Source of the DNA: a virus
Taxonomy: Duplodnaviria; Heunggongvirae; Uroviricota; Caudoviricetes
Direction: 5' to 3' (one strand)
Virus record (IMG/VR): IMGVR_UViG_2718218434_000004
Location: 1 to 55,227 of that record
DNA length: 55,227 nt
Part shown: positions 41,197 to 50,232 of the stretch, in pieces
How the letters are laid out: the number at the start of each line of letters is the position of its first letter
Numbering within the stretch: position 1 is the stretch's first letter
The notes under the pieces: model-generated
Told to the model about the DNA's origin: nothing
Databases searched by the model: none
What the model saw: only the letters and a program-made list of their open reading frames with translations
Position numbers and translations under genes: made by a program

Positions 41197-41955
41197 TTAT
41201 CTCGTCACTTTTCTTAATTGCGCCTCAGCATATGCTTCTTCCTGCCAGCACTTTGTAACCAGTTTATCAATGACATCTGCATATCCTTTGTACCACTGAT
41301 AATCCGTCAGGTCTGGTACCAGCTTCTGGACATGATGCCGCGCCAGTGTGGTTGGTAAACGGCTAAACCGGTTTCCATTGCAACGCCCACAAATCTTATA
41401 AACAGGCGTGCCATGAAGCCGGGTCCTTTTTTCATCCAGGACAATACCTTTACCCTTACACCCTCTGCACGCTGTGCTGACTTCTCCCTTACCATGACAA
41501 TGCTGACATAGTTCCTTCACCCACTCCTCCTTGATAACAGATTCACCGCTTCTGGAGTGTTTCAACACTTCGCGCAATACATTATGAAATCCAGTACCAG
41601 CACAATGCTCACAGCGAGCCTTACTTGCCGCAGACCTGGAATAATCAGCAAAGGCAAAATTCACAAGGTAAGGGATGATCTGTAACCGGGTTTCTTCACT
41701 CAATTTATTCAATGTCGGGTTATCCAGTGCCATCGCGTAATTGAGCAGACCTTCAATCGCAAACTGAGGATCCTGAACACCAACTTTTGCCAGGAATAAG
41801 GCAAAACCCAGTGGTGCTTTCGACTGCACCATCCCCTGCGCAGCCATCACATCCGTAATCGTTAAACCACCAGAGCCTGTCGCCGGTGCGTCATCGCTCA
41901 ATTTTGGAGATTTTGGGGAGTAATATTTTGGTAAGGCTTCAAGGTTCATGCTCAT
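41197..41955 (-). CDS. antitermination protein Q
   Basis: CEHCAGTGF...CQHCHGKGE...CRGCKGKG zinc-binding motifs; position just before PR'/lysis. Confidence 0.75.
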   Translation of the reverse strand: MSMNLEALPKYYSPKSPKLSDDAPATGSGGLTITDVMAAQGMVQSKAPLGFALFLAKVGVQDPQFAIEGLLNYAMALDNPTLNKLSEETRLQIIPYLVNFAFADYSRSAASKARCEHCAGTGFHNVLREVLKHSRSGESVIKEEWVKELCQHCHGKGEVSTACRGCKGKGIVLDEKRTRLHGTPVYKICGRCNGNRFSRLPTTLARHHVQKLVPDLTDYQWYKGYADVIDKLVTKCWQEEAYAEAQLRKVTR

Positions 41956-41962
41956 TCTCCAC

Positions 41963-42958
41963 TTACGCCAGTACGCCTATTGCCAGCGCACGATCGATAA
42001 AACGAAATATCAGCTCCAGCTGGGAGCCATACTTCTCTTCAAATGCCACGGTATCCGCATGCAGCTCGTCGTGATGCTTTCTGCACAAAGGCAACACAAA
42101 GAGGTCATGCGCTTTTGTACCCATTCCGCCCTGACCGTGACCTGTCAGGTGGTGGGGATCATCAGCAAGTTTTCCACAACATGCGCACGGCTGCGTCTTA
42201 ACCCATCGCGTGTACTTTTCATTAACCCAGCGGCGACGTTTGGGGCGTAACATAAAAGACTCCGGCGACTCCGGATCCACTTTCAGCGCCAGCACCTTTT
42301 TCGCTTTATCCTGGATGATGCTGGTGGCAGGAACCGAAGGCACAAGGTCACTTTCCCGGGTAACAGACGGCACAACAGGCTTCGGTAATCTCAGTGCCTT
42401 ACGGGCTGCACTTTCCGGTAAGGCATCCGCCAGGTCATTACGAATCAGCCACCAGCACAGTTCCGGCATTGTCACAACGTGACTGTCATCAAAACCGAGA
42501 TCCCGACGCACGACAGATAACACCCACCGGGCACAGTTATCCGTTGCCATTGATTCCAGCCGTTCCGTGAACTGATCGCGCAGTTGGTTATCACAGTGCC
42601 AGCACAGACGGATTGCGCCCGGCGCGTGTCGCATTGTGGTCATATTCTCGCTGTGCCAGCCGGAATGAGGCCACTGGCAGCCTGTTTCACGAAGTAACCA
42701 GCTCTCAAGGCATTCCACGCCCCCCGCCCGACGGATCACAGCCTCATTGCGGAACACGGCCCGAATGGCAGGATCATCCGCCAGCGGTTGTGATGCCGCC
42801 GGAACGGCACCACTGGCAAAAGATGAATAACGTTCCGGCTCAGGCTCCAGCAGGACACGCCCCTGCATAAACAGGGGCATCAGCTCTGAACCTGGCCTGA
42901 ACAATACGATCCCCATACGCGGGGCAATTTCAGGGGTCAGTAGTGCTCTCACGGTCAC
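41963..42958 (-). CDS. DUF968-like lambdoid early protein
   Basis: 331-aa ORF with Cys-rich C-terminus, upstream of Q. Confidence 0.5.
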   Translation of the reverse strand: MTVRALLTPEIAPRMGIVLFRPGSELMPLFMQGRVLLEPEPERYSSFASGAVPAASQPLADDPAIRAVFRNEAVIRRAGGVECLESWLLRETGCQWPHSGWHSENMTTMRHAPGAIRLCWHCDNQLRDQFTERLESMATDNCARWVLSVVRRDLGFDDSHVVTMPELCWWLIRNDLADALPESAARKALRLPKPVVPSVTRESDLVPSVPATSIIQDKAKKVLALKVDPESPESFMLRPKRRRWVNEKYTRWVKTQPCACCGKLADDPHHLTGHGQGGMGTKAHDLFVLPLCRKHHDELHADTVAFEEKYGSQLELIFRFIDRALAIGVLA

Positions 42959-42959
42959 C

Positions 42960-43757
42960 TCAATGAACGGTATCGAGCAGCTTTAACAGCTCAGGGAATC
43001 GGGATTCGAAGAAATGCGGCTGCGTCTCGCGCGGATTTGCAGGACTGGTGATGTTCTTGCCGAACATGCAGCCTTTCGCCGTCAGCGACCAGAATTTTTT
43101 GATGTTGTTAATCGCGGTACGGCTGTATCGTTCGCGCTGCTCGACGATCCCCAGCTTCACCATCTGGTGATATACCTGATTAGCTGTCAGGCGGATACCA
43201 TACTGCTTCAGCAGTGCACTCAGTGACAGCGTGGGGCGGCTTGAGCCATCAGGCGCGTCAGCAGGAGCATCAATGGCATAGCGCGGTGCCAGATTCGGTA
43301 AGCCAACAGCCTCCTGGAGTTTCTGACAGGCACCAAGCACTGAAGAGTTAGACAGGTTTAATTCCCGGCGCATAAAGTCCAGCAGAATCACACCAGCCTG
43401 CATCTTGTCAGCAGCCTGTCCGGATAATTTTTCCGGTGCGCTGGTTACCATGTCGAAAGTACGGATCACCTTCAGATGGAATGACGGGCTGATCCACATT
43501 GCATAGGCATACACCAGTTCTTTGCAGACATACGTCCCCTGGTTATTTCCGCCACGAATAACGTTAACTGGCTCTATATTGACCGAGTTGCAAATCTGCA
43601 ACTCGCTTATTAAACGCTCAGTTTGCTCATTGCGGAGCCAGAATGCAGGCTTATGCTTATCCAGAGAACCAGCAGCCCTGTGCAGATCGTTCAGGCTGTA
43701 ACGCCCATAAGCATCACGACGAACTTCAATACCATCAATGACCATCAGATTATTCAT
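42960..43757 (-). CDS. KilA-N domain protein
   Basis: Start at MNNLMVIDGIEV with AGGAG RBS just after the rusA stop. Confidence 0.55.
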   Translation of the reverse strand: MNNLMVIDGIEVRRDAYGRYSLNDLHRAAGSLDKHKPAFWLRNEQTERLISELQICNSVNIEPVNVIRGGNNQGTYVCKELVYAYAMWISPSFHLKVIRTFDMVTSAPEKLSGQAADKMQAGVILLDFMRRELNLSNSSVLGACQKLQEAVGLPNLAPRYAIDAPADAPDGSSRPTLSLSALLKQYGIRLTANQVYHQMVKLGIVEQRERYSRTAINNIKKFWSLTAKGCMFGKNITSPANPRETQPHFFESRFPELLKLLDTVH

Positions 43758-43776
43758 ACTTCGTTTCTCCTCTTGA

Positions 43777-44166
43777 TCAGGCGGCTGCACCCGCCGTTTT
43801 CTCGTACTTACTGATAGTGATCTCGACCTTCCCTTCCGGGATAACCGGTCCCCACTCCACCAGCATTCTTTTCACCTGACTGTCGTCTTCCCACACCCCC
43901 GCGTGGGTCAGGGCGTCAAACAGCGCCTTGTTATAGTTGTCCAGATCGCGGCTCCTGTTATCCGGAGGAAACAACACGATCTCCACTGAAGCAGGTGCCG
44001 ACGTTGGTTTCGGCAGACGACGTAACTGCTCAACTATTGCTGCGCACGCCGCGCTCTGGAATTTTCGCCCCGCCGCGCTTATCAGGCTCTTACCAGCAAA
44101 CGCCCCTTTGTTGGGGTGTCGCCAGTACGTGTTCACACTGGGCGGAAAAGGCAGGATCAGCTTCAT
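43777..44166 (-). CDS. rusA: RusA-family Holliday junction resolvase
   Basis: 129 aa, MKLILPFPPSVNTYWRHPNKG... canonical RusA N-terminus. Confidence 0.8.
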   Translation of the reverse strand: MKLILPFPPSVNTYWRHPNKGAFAGKSLISAAGRKFQSAACAAIVEQLRRLPKPTSAPASVEIVLFPPDNRSRDLDNYNKALFDALTHAGVWEDDSQVKRMLVEWGPVIPEGKVEITISKYEKTAGAAA

Positions 44167-44489
44167 ACTTTCAGGCCCCTCTCATGTAACCAGTGGGCTG
44201 CACGCAGCCTGGCGTTTTCCTCACCGGCAAGCAGTGAGCGGATAATCCCGACCGCCTCGCTGTCGTCGTCCTTCACCACGGTATGAAGCGTTATCCCCCG
44301 GGCCACGCCACGCTTTATCGTGATGACGCCTTTTTTCTCCAGTGCGCGAAGATGCTCCACTGCTGCATTCACTGAACGATATCCCAGCATGGTTGCCACC
44401 TCCTGATTGGTTGGCGGGAAGCCACGTTCTTTCTGGTAAGAAATCAGCATATCCAGCACCTGCTGCTGGCATTGAGTTAACGTCGTCAT
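44163..44489 (-). CDS. LexA-family DNA-binding protein (N-terminal domain only)
   Basis: 108 aa; QQQVLDMLISYQKERGFPPTNQEVATMLGYRSVNAAVEHLRALEKKG resembles the LexA winged HTH. Confidence 0.55.
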   Translation of the reverse strand: MTTLTQCQQQVLDMLISYQKERGFPPTNQEVATMLGYRSVNAAVEHLRALEKKGVITIKRGVARGITLHTVVKDDDSEAVGIIRSLLAGEENARLRAAHWLHERGLKV

Positions 44490-45139
44490 GCCGCCATCTC
44501 CCTGACCAGTTTTTCCGCCTGCTGGCGAACCTGCGCCAGAAAGGCCTCACCACATGCCTCAAGTTCATCGCGCCCGATGTAGCTGATTGCCGGTCCCTTC
44601 CAGGTCTTGTCGAAAACAGCAATAGCACCAGCGAAGAAAGCGCCTGTCGGCACCTGCTTCTCATCCTTCGGGATAAACCAGGCAGGCAGTTCAAAACCAA
44701 TACGCCCGCGAATAAAAGCAATATGGTCTGCGTCTTCCGGCCACCATACTTCGCTGGTGGCAGCTTTGATCAGGAAAACATAGCGCCCGCCTTTATCACG
44801 CATGACACTGGCATGCTTCATGATGTAACGCATGCCGGTGATGTATTGCCCCTCATGCTGACTGGCGCGGCTGTATGGGGGATTAACAAAGGCAGCACCT
44901 TTAAGCTCCGCAAGACGTTCTGACCAGTCATGCGCCAGCGCGTTGTCTTCCGCCGTGTAATACGCGGCACATTTGGCGTTATCACCGTCAGTGAACAGAT
45001 CCAGAACAAACGGGCCAAACAGGGTGTTAATTCCCCAGAAAATGTTGTCCGGCGTGCGCCACTGATCGCCCACTTCCTTCAGTTCATGGGCTGGTTTGTT
45101 CCGCAGTTCCACCAGCGCCTGGCAATATTTATTACTCAT
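44486..45139 (-). CDS. phage N6-adenine DNA methyltransferase
   Basis: Start at MSNKYCQ; NPPYS catalytic motif. Confidence 0.7.
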   Translation of the reverse strand: MSNKYCQALVELRNKPAHELKEVGDQWRTPDNIFWGINTLFGPFVLDLFTDGDNAKCAAYYTAEDNALAHDWSERLAELKGAAFVNPPYSRASQHEGQYITGMRYIMKHASVMRDKGGRYVFLIKAATSEVWWPEDADHIAFIRGRIGFELPAWFIPKDEKQVPTGAFFAGAIAVFDKTWKGPAISYIGRDELEACGEAFLAQVRQQAEKLVREMAA

Positions 45140-45633
45140 TAAGCCCCCACGTAATTCCCTGACAGATACCACTCTTCACCCGATGCAGCGCGCTTGCTGC
45201 TTTTCCGTAAGCACCGCTCACGACGCGCCAGAAAATTGTTTCGCTCTTGCTGGGAGTGGCTTTCACGGAATGCCGCCATCCACACCGTTGCAGCACGACG
45301 GTATAAGCCCCTGGACTCCAGTTCTTCCGCCTGGCGGGTCAGGCACAAAATCTCCCGCGGGTCGTTAGTGCCGACATAGAAATTGCGCACAGGTCTGGTT
45401 TCACGAACTGGTTGCGGTTCCGCCTCCTGCGTTCTCTCAGTCAGGCGCGGGAAATGTCTGCGTGTATCCCCTTCACAACGGTGAGCCACACGACCACTCT
45501 GACGTAACTTGCTTGCTGACTGCAGAACGCGCTGCCGTGAGTAACCTGCAAAAGCATCCGCAATGTCTCCGGAAGTACACCCCGGATGGGCTTCAATGTA
45601 TTTCTGAACTTCATTCAAAAGACTCATGCTCAC
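45139..45633 (-). CDS. PerC/ANR-like transcriptional regulator
   Basis: AEELESRGLYRRAATVWMAAF motif shared with the gene at 1-282. Confidence 0.45.
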   Translation of the reverse strand: MSMSLLNEVQKYIEAHPGCTSGDIADAFAGYSRQRVLQSASKLRQSGRVAHRCEGDTRRHFPRLTERTQEAEPQPVRETRPVRNFYVGTNDPREILCLTRQAEELESRGLYRRAATVWMAAFRESHSQQERNNFLARRERCLRKSSKRAASGEEWYLSGNYVGA

Positions 45634-46571
45634 CCCCTGAATCCTGCCGGGATCTGGCTGTAGTCCACGTTGTCGTAACTGGCTTTGAAGTACGGGTCTT
45701 CGCGTTTTTCGGTGTACGTGCTGACGGACGGCGATAAGCGCAGGGAAAGCTCATCCCATTTTTCCCGCAGCTTCGACGGGCTGAGCACGTTACGGCACCA
45801 GAACGGATCGCGGCTGACGCGGCTGTACATCTCGCAGATTTGTTTGTGAGTACGACCATCCTGCACACACATCAGGCGAATTTCGTTTGCCCAGGCTGTC
45901 CAGTTCGGTTCTTTGGGACGAACCACCTCGCCGTCACATTCGGCGGCCTGCTCGTACAGGGCGATGATTTTTTTCCAGAGCCACTGTGCGCAGGTCAAAT
46001 CATCCTGCGTTCCCCACTGGCGCTTTTTAGGGCTGAATACAACCGCATCAGGATGGCGAGTTAAAAACTCCTGTTCAGCCGTCTGCGTGTCCGGTTGCGA
46101 AGCGTCCGGACGAGAAGTTTTTTTATCTGACGGATCATGTTTTGATTTTACTGACGGATCCCCGCCAGATTCTGACGGGTGAAAACCCGCTTTTTTACCA
46201 GATTTCGACGCATCAAATTTTGACGGGTCAGATTTTGATGCGTCAGATTTTGACGGGTCAGAATCTGACAGTTGAGAAAATGCCGCTGCCTGAAGCTTCG
46301 CAACGTTAAGCTGATAAACATTCGACGCATTGCGGTTACCCTGGCGACGCGCCTTACGCGTTAACCAGCCTTCTGCTTCCAGCCGTGCGATAGCCGTTCT
46401 GACGGTACTCATCCCCGCGCCAATCTGACGGGCAATGGTTTCAATTGATGGCCAGCACACACCTTCGTCATTACTGAAATCAGCCAGGCGGGCCATAATT
46501 GCCACGCTGGATAATTTCATGCCTGACGCAGCGCAACCATCCCATACATAGCCGGTTAATTTAGTGCTCAT
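45630..46571 (-). CDS. replication initiation protein (HTH N-terminus, internal iterons)
   Basis: 313 aa; repetitive SDSDPSKSDASKSDPSKFDASKS segment encoded by DNA iterons. Confidence 0.65.
   Translation of the reverse strand: MSTKLTGYVWDGCAASGMKLSSVAIMARLADFSNDEGVCWPSIETIARQIGAGMSTVRTAIARLEAEGWLTRKARRQGNRNASNVYQLNVAKLQAAAFSQLSDSDPSKSDASKSDPSKFDASKSGKKAGFHPSESGGDPSVKSKHDPSDKKTSRPDASQPDTQTAEQEFLTRHPDAVVFSPKKRQWGTQDDLTCAQWLWKKIIALYEQAAECDGEVVRPKEPNWTAWANEIRLMCVQDGRTHKQICEMYSRVSRDPFWCRNVLSPSKLREKWDELSLRLSPSVSTYTEKREDPYFKASYDNVDYSQIPAGFRG
46140..46275. repeat. replication-origin iterons inside the replication gene
   Basis: About 7 copies of a roughly 18-bp unit (TCAGATTTTGACGGG / GATGCG variants) in tandem. 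Confidence 0.6.
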
Positions 46572-46919
46572 GACCGACCTCTATTTCCCTGAATTTACGA
46601 CGAAACTGTTCGAGCGGGCTGAAGCACTCATGCTCATAGTCTTCGCGGAGGTAGATAACCCGTTGTGTTTCCGGCTCCCAACGAATGACTCTGACGGGTA
46701 CTCCGTAGTGATCTTTGAACCAGCGGTTAACTTGTCGCAAAGGACTGTCTCCTTCTGCCGGTTGAAATCACCCACAGCCCACTCTGCAAAGCTGTGGGTT
46801 ACAATTTCCCTGTCACCTAGTACATTCACTGCATAGCAATATTCCACCTTCGCTTTTCCACCCGGTACAGGAAGCGCAATCAGTTGCGAGCGACGGTAGT
46901 GTGTTGTTAAACTGTTCAT
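46564..46919 (-). pseudogene. hypothetical early gene with apparent frameshift
   Basis: N-terminal 70 aa protein-like in one frame; protein-like continuation ([33 protein letters not shown]...) is in another frame ending at 46561. Confidence 0.3.
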
Positions 46920-47485
46920 GCGTTAGTTTCTCCACAACCAGAAGCAATCGACGCCACGACGCCCGGAGCTGCACACTCGCGGGCGTCATTACTTTCTGAA
47001 ATGCAAAAAATTTTGTAGACAAGTGCTGCATGCTCCTGCAGCTTCGAAATTGAGAGATACAGCTCGTCGTTAATTGCTGTCTTCTCATGCGGTTCCACTA
47101 CACCGTCTTCGATTGCTGAACGAATCTGTTTTGAATAACTGCCGATCTGTTCAATGACTTCCAGCAGACGCTGGTTAATATCGGCGTTGTCCACATCCTC
47201 GACGTCAGGAAGAGACACAAAGACGCCATTTGCAGACTGCGCCACAGCATCAGCAATGAAGTGAGTGCCACCAGCACGCTGTAAAACCATTGCCCATCCC
47301 AGCGGGAAAATCTGATCGCCATCTGCACGAAGGCGGTTGAATAAAGCGTTTTCTGTTACATCGAGCCAGTCAGCCGCTTCAGCGTAACCACCCGGCAACG
47401 CCGCGATAGTTTTTCTGACAGCTTTCACGTACCACTCAGGCTGTTTTTCTATTTTCCAGTGATGCTTACCCACGATTAGCCTCAT
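46916..47485 (-). CDS. CII-position early regulatory protein (tentative)
   Basis: 189-aa ORF directly downstream of the cro-like gene. Confidence 0.35.
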   Translation of the reverse strand: MRLIVGKHHWKIEKQPEWYVKAVRKTIAALPGGYAEAADWLDVTENALFNRLRADGDQIFPLGWAMVLQRAGGTHFIADAVAQSANGVFVSLPDVEDVDNADINQRLLEVIEQIGSYSKQIRSAIEDGVVEPHEKTAINDELYLSISKLQEHAALVYKIFCISESNDARECAAPGVVASIASGCGETNA

Positions 47486-47516
47486 CGTTCTGTGGTTAAA
47501 AATTGAAAGTGTTCTG

Positions 47517-47717
47517 CTAATCTTTCGGATAGATATCCGGTCTTAAGTCAGATTTCGTAATTGCACCTGACGTGCATTGCTCAAGTTTTTTAGCCAGCAC
47601 AAAACTGGCTTTTTTATAGCCATTGAAAACCAGCCGTAAGTAGCCAGGTGTTGAGCCAACTTTTCCGGCCAACTCGCCCTGCTGTTCTTTGGTTAAAGAG
47701 TCCCAATACGCTTTCAT
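47517..47717 (-). CDS. cro: Cro-like HTH regulator
   Basis: 66-aa ORF from internal ATG at 47717, divergent from cI across the operator region. Confidence 0.55.
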   Translation of the reverse strand: MKAYWDSLTKEQQGELAGKVGSTPGYLRLVFNGYKKASFVLAKKLEQCTSGAITKSDLRPDIYPKD

Positions 47718-47721
47718 ACAA

Positions 47722-47792
47722 TATGTACCTCCGGTGTACATATTACATGATTGAAATGAACCTTCAAGATACTTGTACCTTAACGGTACAAG
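47722..47792. promoter_or_regulatory. OR-like operators between cro and cI
   Basis: ATGTACC-tccggt-GTACAT (47722-47741) and CTTGTACC-ttaac-GGTACAAG (47772-47792) share TGTAC...GTACA half-sites. Confidence 0.55.
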
Positions 47793-47807
47793 GGTTTTAA
47801 TTTCGTT

Positions 47808-48482
47808 ATGAAAACAATCCATGACATCCGGCGGTCTAACGCCAGAAAACTGAGAGATGGTGTTGGCGGGAATTCTTCCTTTGCCACTATGATTGATCGC
47901 GAGCCAACCCAGACCAGCAGGTTTATGGGAGATGGTGCTACTAAAAATATCGGTGACAGCATGGCACGACACATCGAAAAATGTTTCGACCTGCCTGTCG
48001 GATGGCTCGATCAAGAACACCAGACAACGAACATCACAAAAAAACCTGATGTTTCAATCACTAATAAACAAATCACATTAGTCCCTGTCATATCATGGGT
48101 ACAGGCCGGAGCATGGAAAGAAGTTGGATATTCTGAGGTTGATTTGAGCACAGCAGAAACGTATCCCTGCCCTGTCCCCTGTGGGGAAATGACTTATATC
48201 TTGCGGGTGATAGGTGATTCAATGATTGATGAGTACCGCCCGGGAGACATGATTTTTGTCGATCCTGAAGTACCTGCCTGCCACGGTGACGACGTTATTG
48301 CATTGATGCACGATACAGGTGAAACCACCTTCAAAAGGTTGATAGAAGATGGGACACAGCGTTATCTCAAAGCGTTAAACCCAAACTGGCCTGAGCCTTA
48401 CATTAAGATCAACGGTAATTGCTCTATAATTGGTACAGTGATTTTCTCAGGAAAACCAAGAAGATACAAAATCAAAGCCTAA
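47808..48482 (+). CDS. cI: CI-like repressor (HTH plus S24 LexA-like peptidase domain)
   Basis: 224 aa; C-terminal GDSM...KR S24 autocleavage region; divergent from cro. Confidence 0.8.
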   Translation: MKTIHDIRRSNARKLRDGVGGNSSFATMIDREPTQTSRFMGDGATKNIGDSMARHIEKCFDLPVGWLDQEHQTTNITKKPDVSITNKQITLVPVISWVQAGAWKEVGYSEVDLSTAETYPCPVPCGEMTYILRVIGDSMIDEYRPGDMIFVDPEVPACHGDDVIALMHDTGETTFKRLIEDGTQRYLKALNPNWPEPYIKINGNCSIIGTVIFSGKPRRYKIKA

Positions 48483-48493
48483 TCAATGTTTAT

Positions 48494-48518
48494 GAACCTG
48501 CTTCGGCAGGTTTTTTTA
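48494..48518 (+). terminator. rho-independent terminator after cI
   Basis: ACCTGC-ttcg-GCAGGT followed by TTTTTTT. Confidence 0.55.
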
Positions 48519-48521
48519 TAC

Positions 48522-48549
48522 TTGACAATGTACCTTTGAGATACATAAT
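48522..48549 (+). promoter_or_regulatory. PL-like promoter (TTGACA-16-CATAAT) with overlapping operator ATGTACC...TACAT
   Basis: Near-consensus hexamers; the ATGTACC half-site matches the OR operators. Confidence 0.5.
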
Positions 48550-48716
48550 GTACCCAAGAGAAACAACAAACAGGCAGGACGTCCACGAAGTAGCCCCCTG
48601 GAGCATATGAAGTCCAGGATGATTCGTTAGCAACAAAAAAGCGCCCTACAGGACGCTTAGCTCTTTAACAATCTGGTCCCCATCAACAAGTAACTGATAA
48701 CTTGAGGAGGTGTGAA

Positions 48717-48923
48717 ATGCACAAAACAGAACCCAAAATCGTCGCGCCTGGCTACACAGATGAGGAAATTTATGAGTGGATGACAAAGAAGCTGGCAGCT
48801 ATAAACCAGCTTCGTGAAGTGCTGTCTTATCGACAGGAAACAATAGACTCCTTAAAAAAACTGGATCAGGAAATCACGGTTTTATCACAGGATGTTACTT
48901 TAGATATTGTGCAGACAAATTAG
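48717..48923 (+). CDS. small coiled-coil protein, first gene after the PL-like promoter
   Basis: GAGGAGG RBS 6 nt before ATG; 68 aa; no Arg-rich motif. Confidence 0.45.
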   Translation: MHKTEPKIVAPGYTDEEIYEWMTKKLAAINQLREVLSYRQETIDSLKKLDQEITVLSQDVTLDIVQTN

Positions 48924-49329
48924 GATCCCATTCATTTTCGTCAAAATCATCAAAGTGATGAATTTGTGATCTCCAGTCTCGATAATCTAAAAATTTCTGG
49001 GCGGTTACGCTTATTTTATCAAGTGTGAGTTCATCCTGAATTGAAAGAAGAAGTTCATCAAATTTCATCTCATTAATCTTTTTTGGCATCCAGTGATGCT
49101 TCATCAGAATAAGGTGAACCAGAGCCTTTTTCCCATTCAACTGATTATAGGGAGTGCCGAATTTCTTCCGGTGCTCATGTAAGACAAGATCCAGAAGAGT
49201 AAGTAATGTTGCCCTTGATTCCACTTTGCTTATTTCGACTGATGACACTACCCCACTGATTTCAATGCCCCGATACTTTCCAACATTTTCACAGTGGGAT
49301 TTGTACAACGTGTAGATATTACCGGACAT
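48895..49329 (-). CDS. AT-rich 144-aa hypothetical protein, antisense to the leftward operon
   Basis: Low-GC ORF converging on and overlapping the 48717-48923 gene; repeats in its upstream region. Confidence 0.5.
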   Translation of the reverse strand: MSGNIYTLYKSHCENVGKYRGIEISGVVSSVEISKVESRATLLTLLDLVLHEHRKKFGTPYNQLNGKKALVHLILMKHHWMPKKINEMKFDELLLSIQDELTLDKISVTAQKFLDYRDWRSQIHHFDDFDENEWDPNLSAQYLK

Positions 49330-49344
49330 TTCTTTTCCTTTTGC

Positions 49345-49396
49345 GTTGTTGGGGATAACCAGATTAACCGAATCCTTGTTGTTGGGGAATAACCAG
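49345..49396. repeat. direct repeats GTTGTTGGGGATAACCAG (49345-49362) and GTTGTTGGGGAATAACCAG (49378-49396)
   Basis: Two near-identical 18/19-mers 33 bp apart, just upstream of the 144-aa gene start. Confidence 0.45.
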
Positions 49397-49599
49397 GTCC
49401 ACCTCGCCTGATGTGGCTAAAAGCAGGCACATAACAGCTAAGTATTTTCAACCAGAGAGAATCCTTAGCGTTGTGGTGAATGCTGCTCAGCGCACGCGGG
49501 TTAAGGTTGAGGCTGACAGTCGACCTTCTGTGGATACCCACCCGCCTGGTGTGCAACCTTCGCCAGGCACCGGGAGGCACCCGGCACCCGGCACCACAA

Positions 49600-49760
49600 C
49601 TTTATGCTGTGTGTAGTCCTGGCGGTACCAGCTTGTACCCTTGCTTCCGGCTGGTACCGTCCTTTTTACAAAACAGAGAAGAGCATCACCGGACGACGGG
49701 CTCATAACCCAATCCATCCGGGCGGCTGCCACCGCAGGTGTTCTTCTCTGTTTTGTGGAG
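49600..49760 (+). other. GC-rich structured region with nested inverted repeats (candidate leader, terminator or ncRNA)
   Basis: 15-bp perfect inverted repeat ACAAAACAGAGAAGA (49668-49682) / TCTTCTCTGTTTTGT (49742-49756); 9-bp pair GGTACCAGC/GCTGGTACC (49624-49632, 49650-49658). Confidence 0.3.
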
Positions 49761-49804
49761 AAACTAATCGGCCTTGCAGGGTCGATATGATGAGGAGCAG
49801 CAAA

Positions 49805-50167
49805 ATGGCTAGCGAACGCAGTACTGATGTGCAGGCATTTATCGGGGAGCTGGACGGCGGCGTATTTGAAACCAAAATCGGCGCAGTTCTCAGTGAAGTC
49901 GCTTCCGGTGTGATGAACACGAAAACCAAAGGTAAGGTCTCAATCAACCTGGAAATCGAACCATTTGATGAGAACCGTGTGAAAATCAAACACAAACTCT
50001 CATATGTTCGCCCGACTAACCGCGGGAAAATTTCCGAAGAAGACACCACCGAAACGCCGATGTATGTCAATCGCGGTGGTCGCCTGACTATTCTGCAGGA
50101 AGACCAGGGACAGTTACTGACTCTTGCCGGTGAACCTGACGGAAAACTCCGCGCAGCAGGTCGTTAA
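49805..50167 (+). CDS. yfdP: YfdP-like hypothetical protein
   Basis: GAGGAG RBS then ATG at 49805 gives 120 aa, the length recalled for YfdP; precedes the yfdQRST-like genes. Confidence 0.45.
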   Translation: MASERSTDVQAFIGELDGGVFETKIGAVLSEVASGVMNTKTKGKVSINLEIEPFDENRVKIKHKLSYVRPTNRGKISEEDTTETPMYVNRGGRLTILQEDQGQLLTLAGEPDGKLRAAGR

Positions 50168-50232
50168 TATCGTTTTTAATTAACTGATTATTTATCTCAT
50201 CACTGAATATCTTTATATAGTGAGGACTTATT

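Noticed and set aside
46140-46275. Tandem repeats considered as a possible CRISPR array
   Set aside because: The units are contiguous with no spacers, lie inside a protein-coding gene and encode a repetitive peptide; they are ori iterons.
48717-48923. First gene after the PL-like promoter considered as an N antiterminator
   Set aside because: It has no Arg-rich RNA-binding motif; left as an uncharacterised coiled-coil protein.
49400-49790. Structured GC-rich region considered as a retron msr/msd
   Set aside because: No reverse transcriptase gene is adjacent; the next gene is a 120-aa YfdP-like protein.
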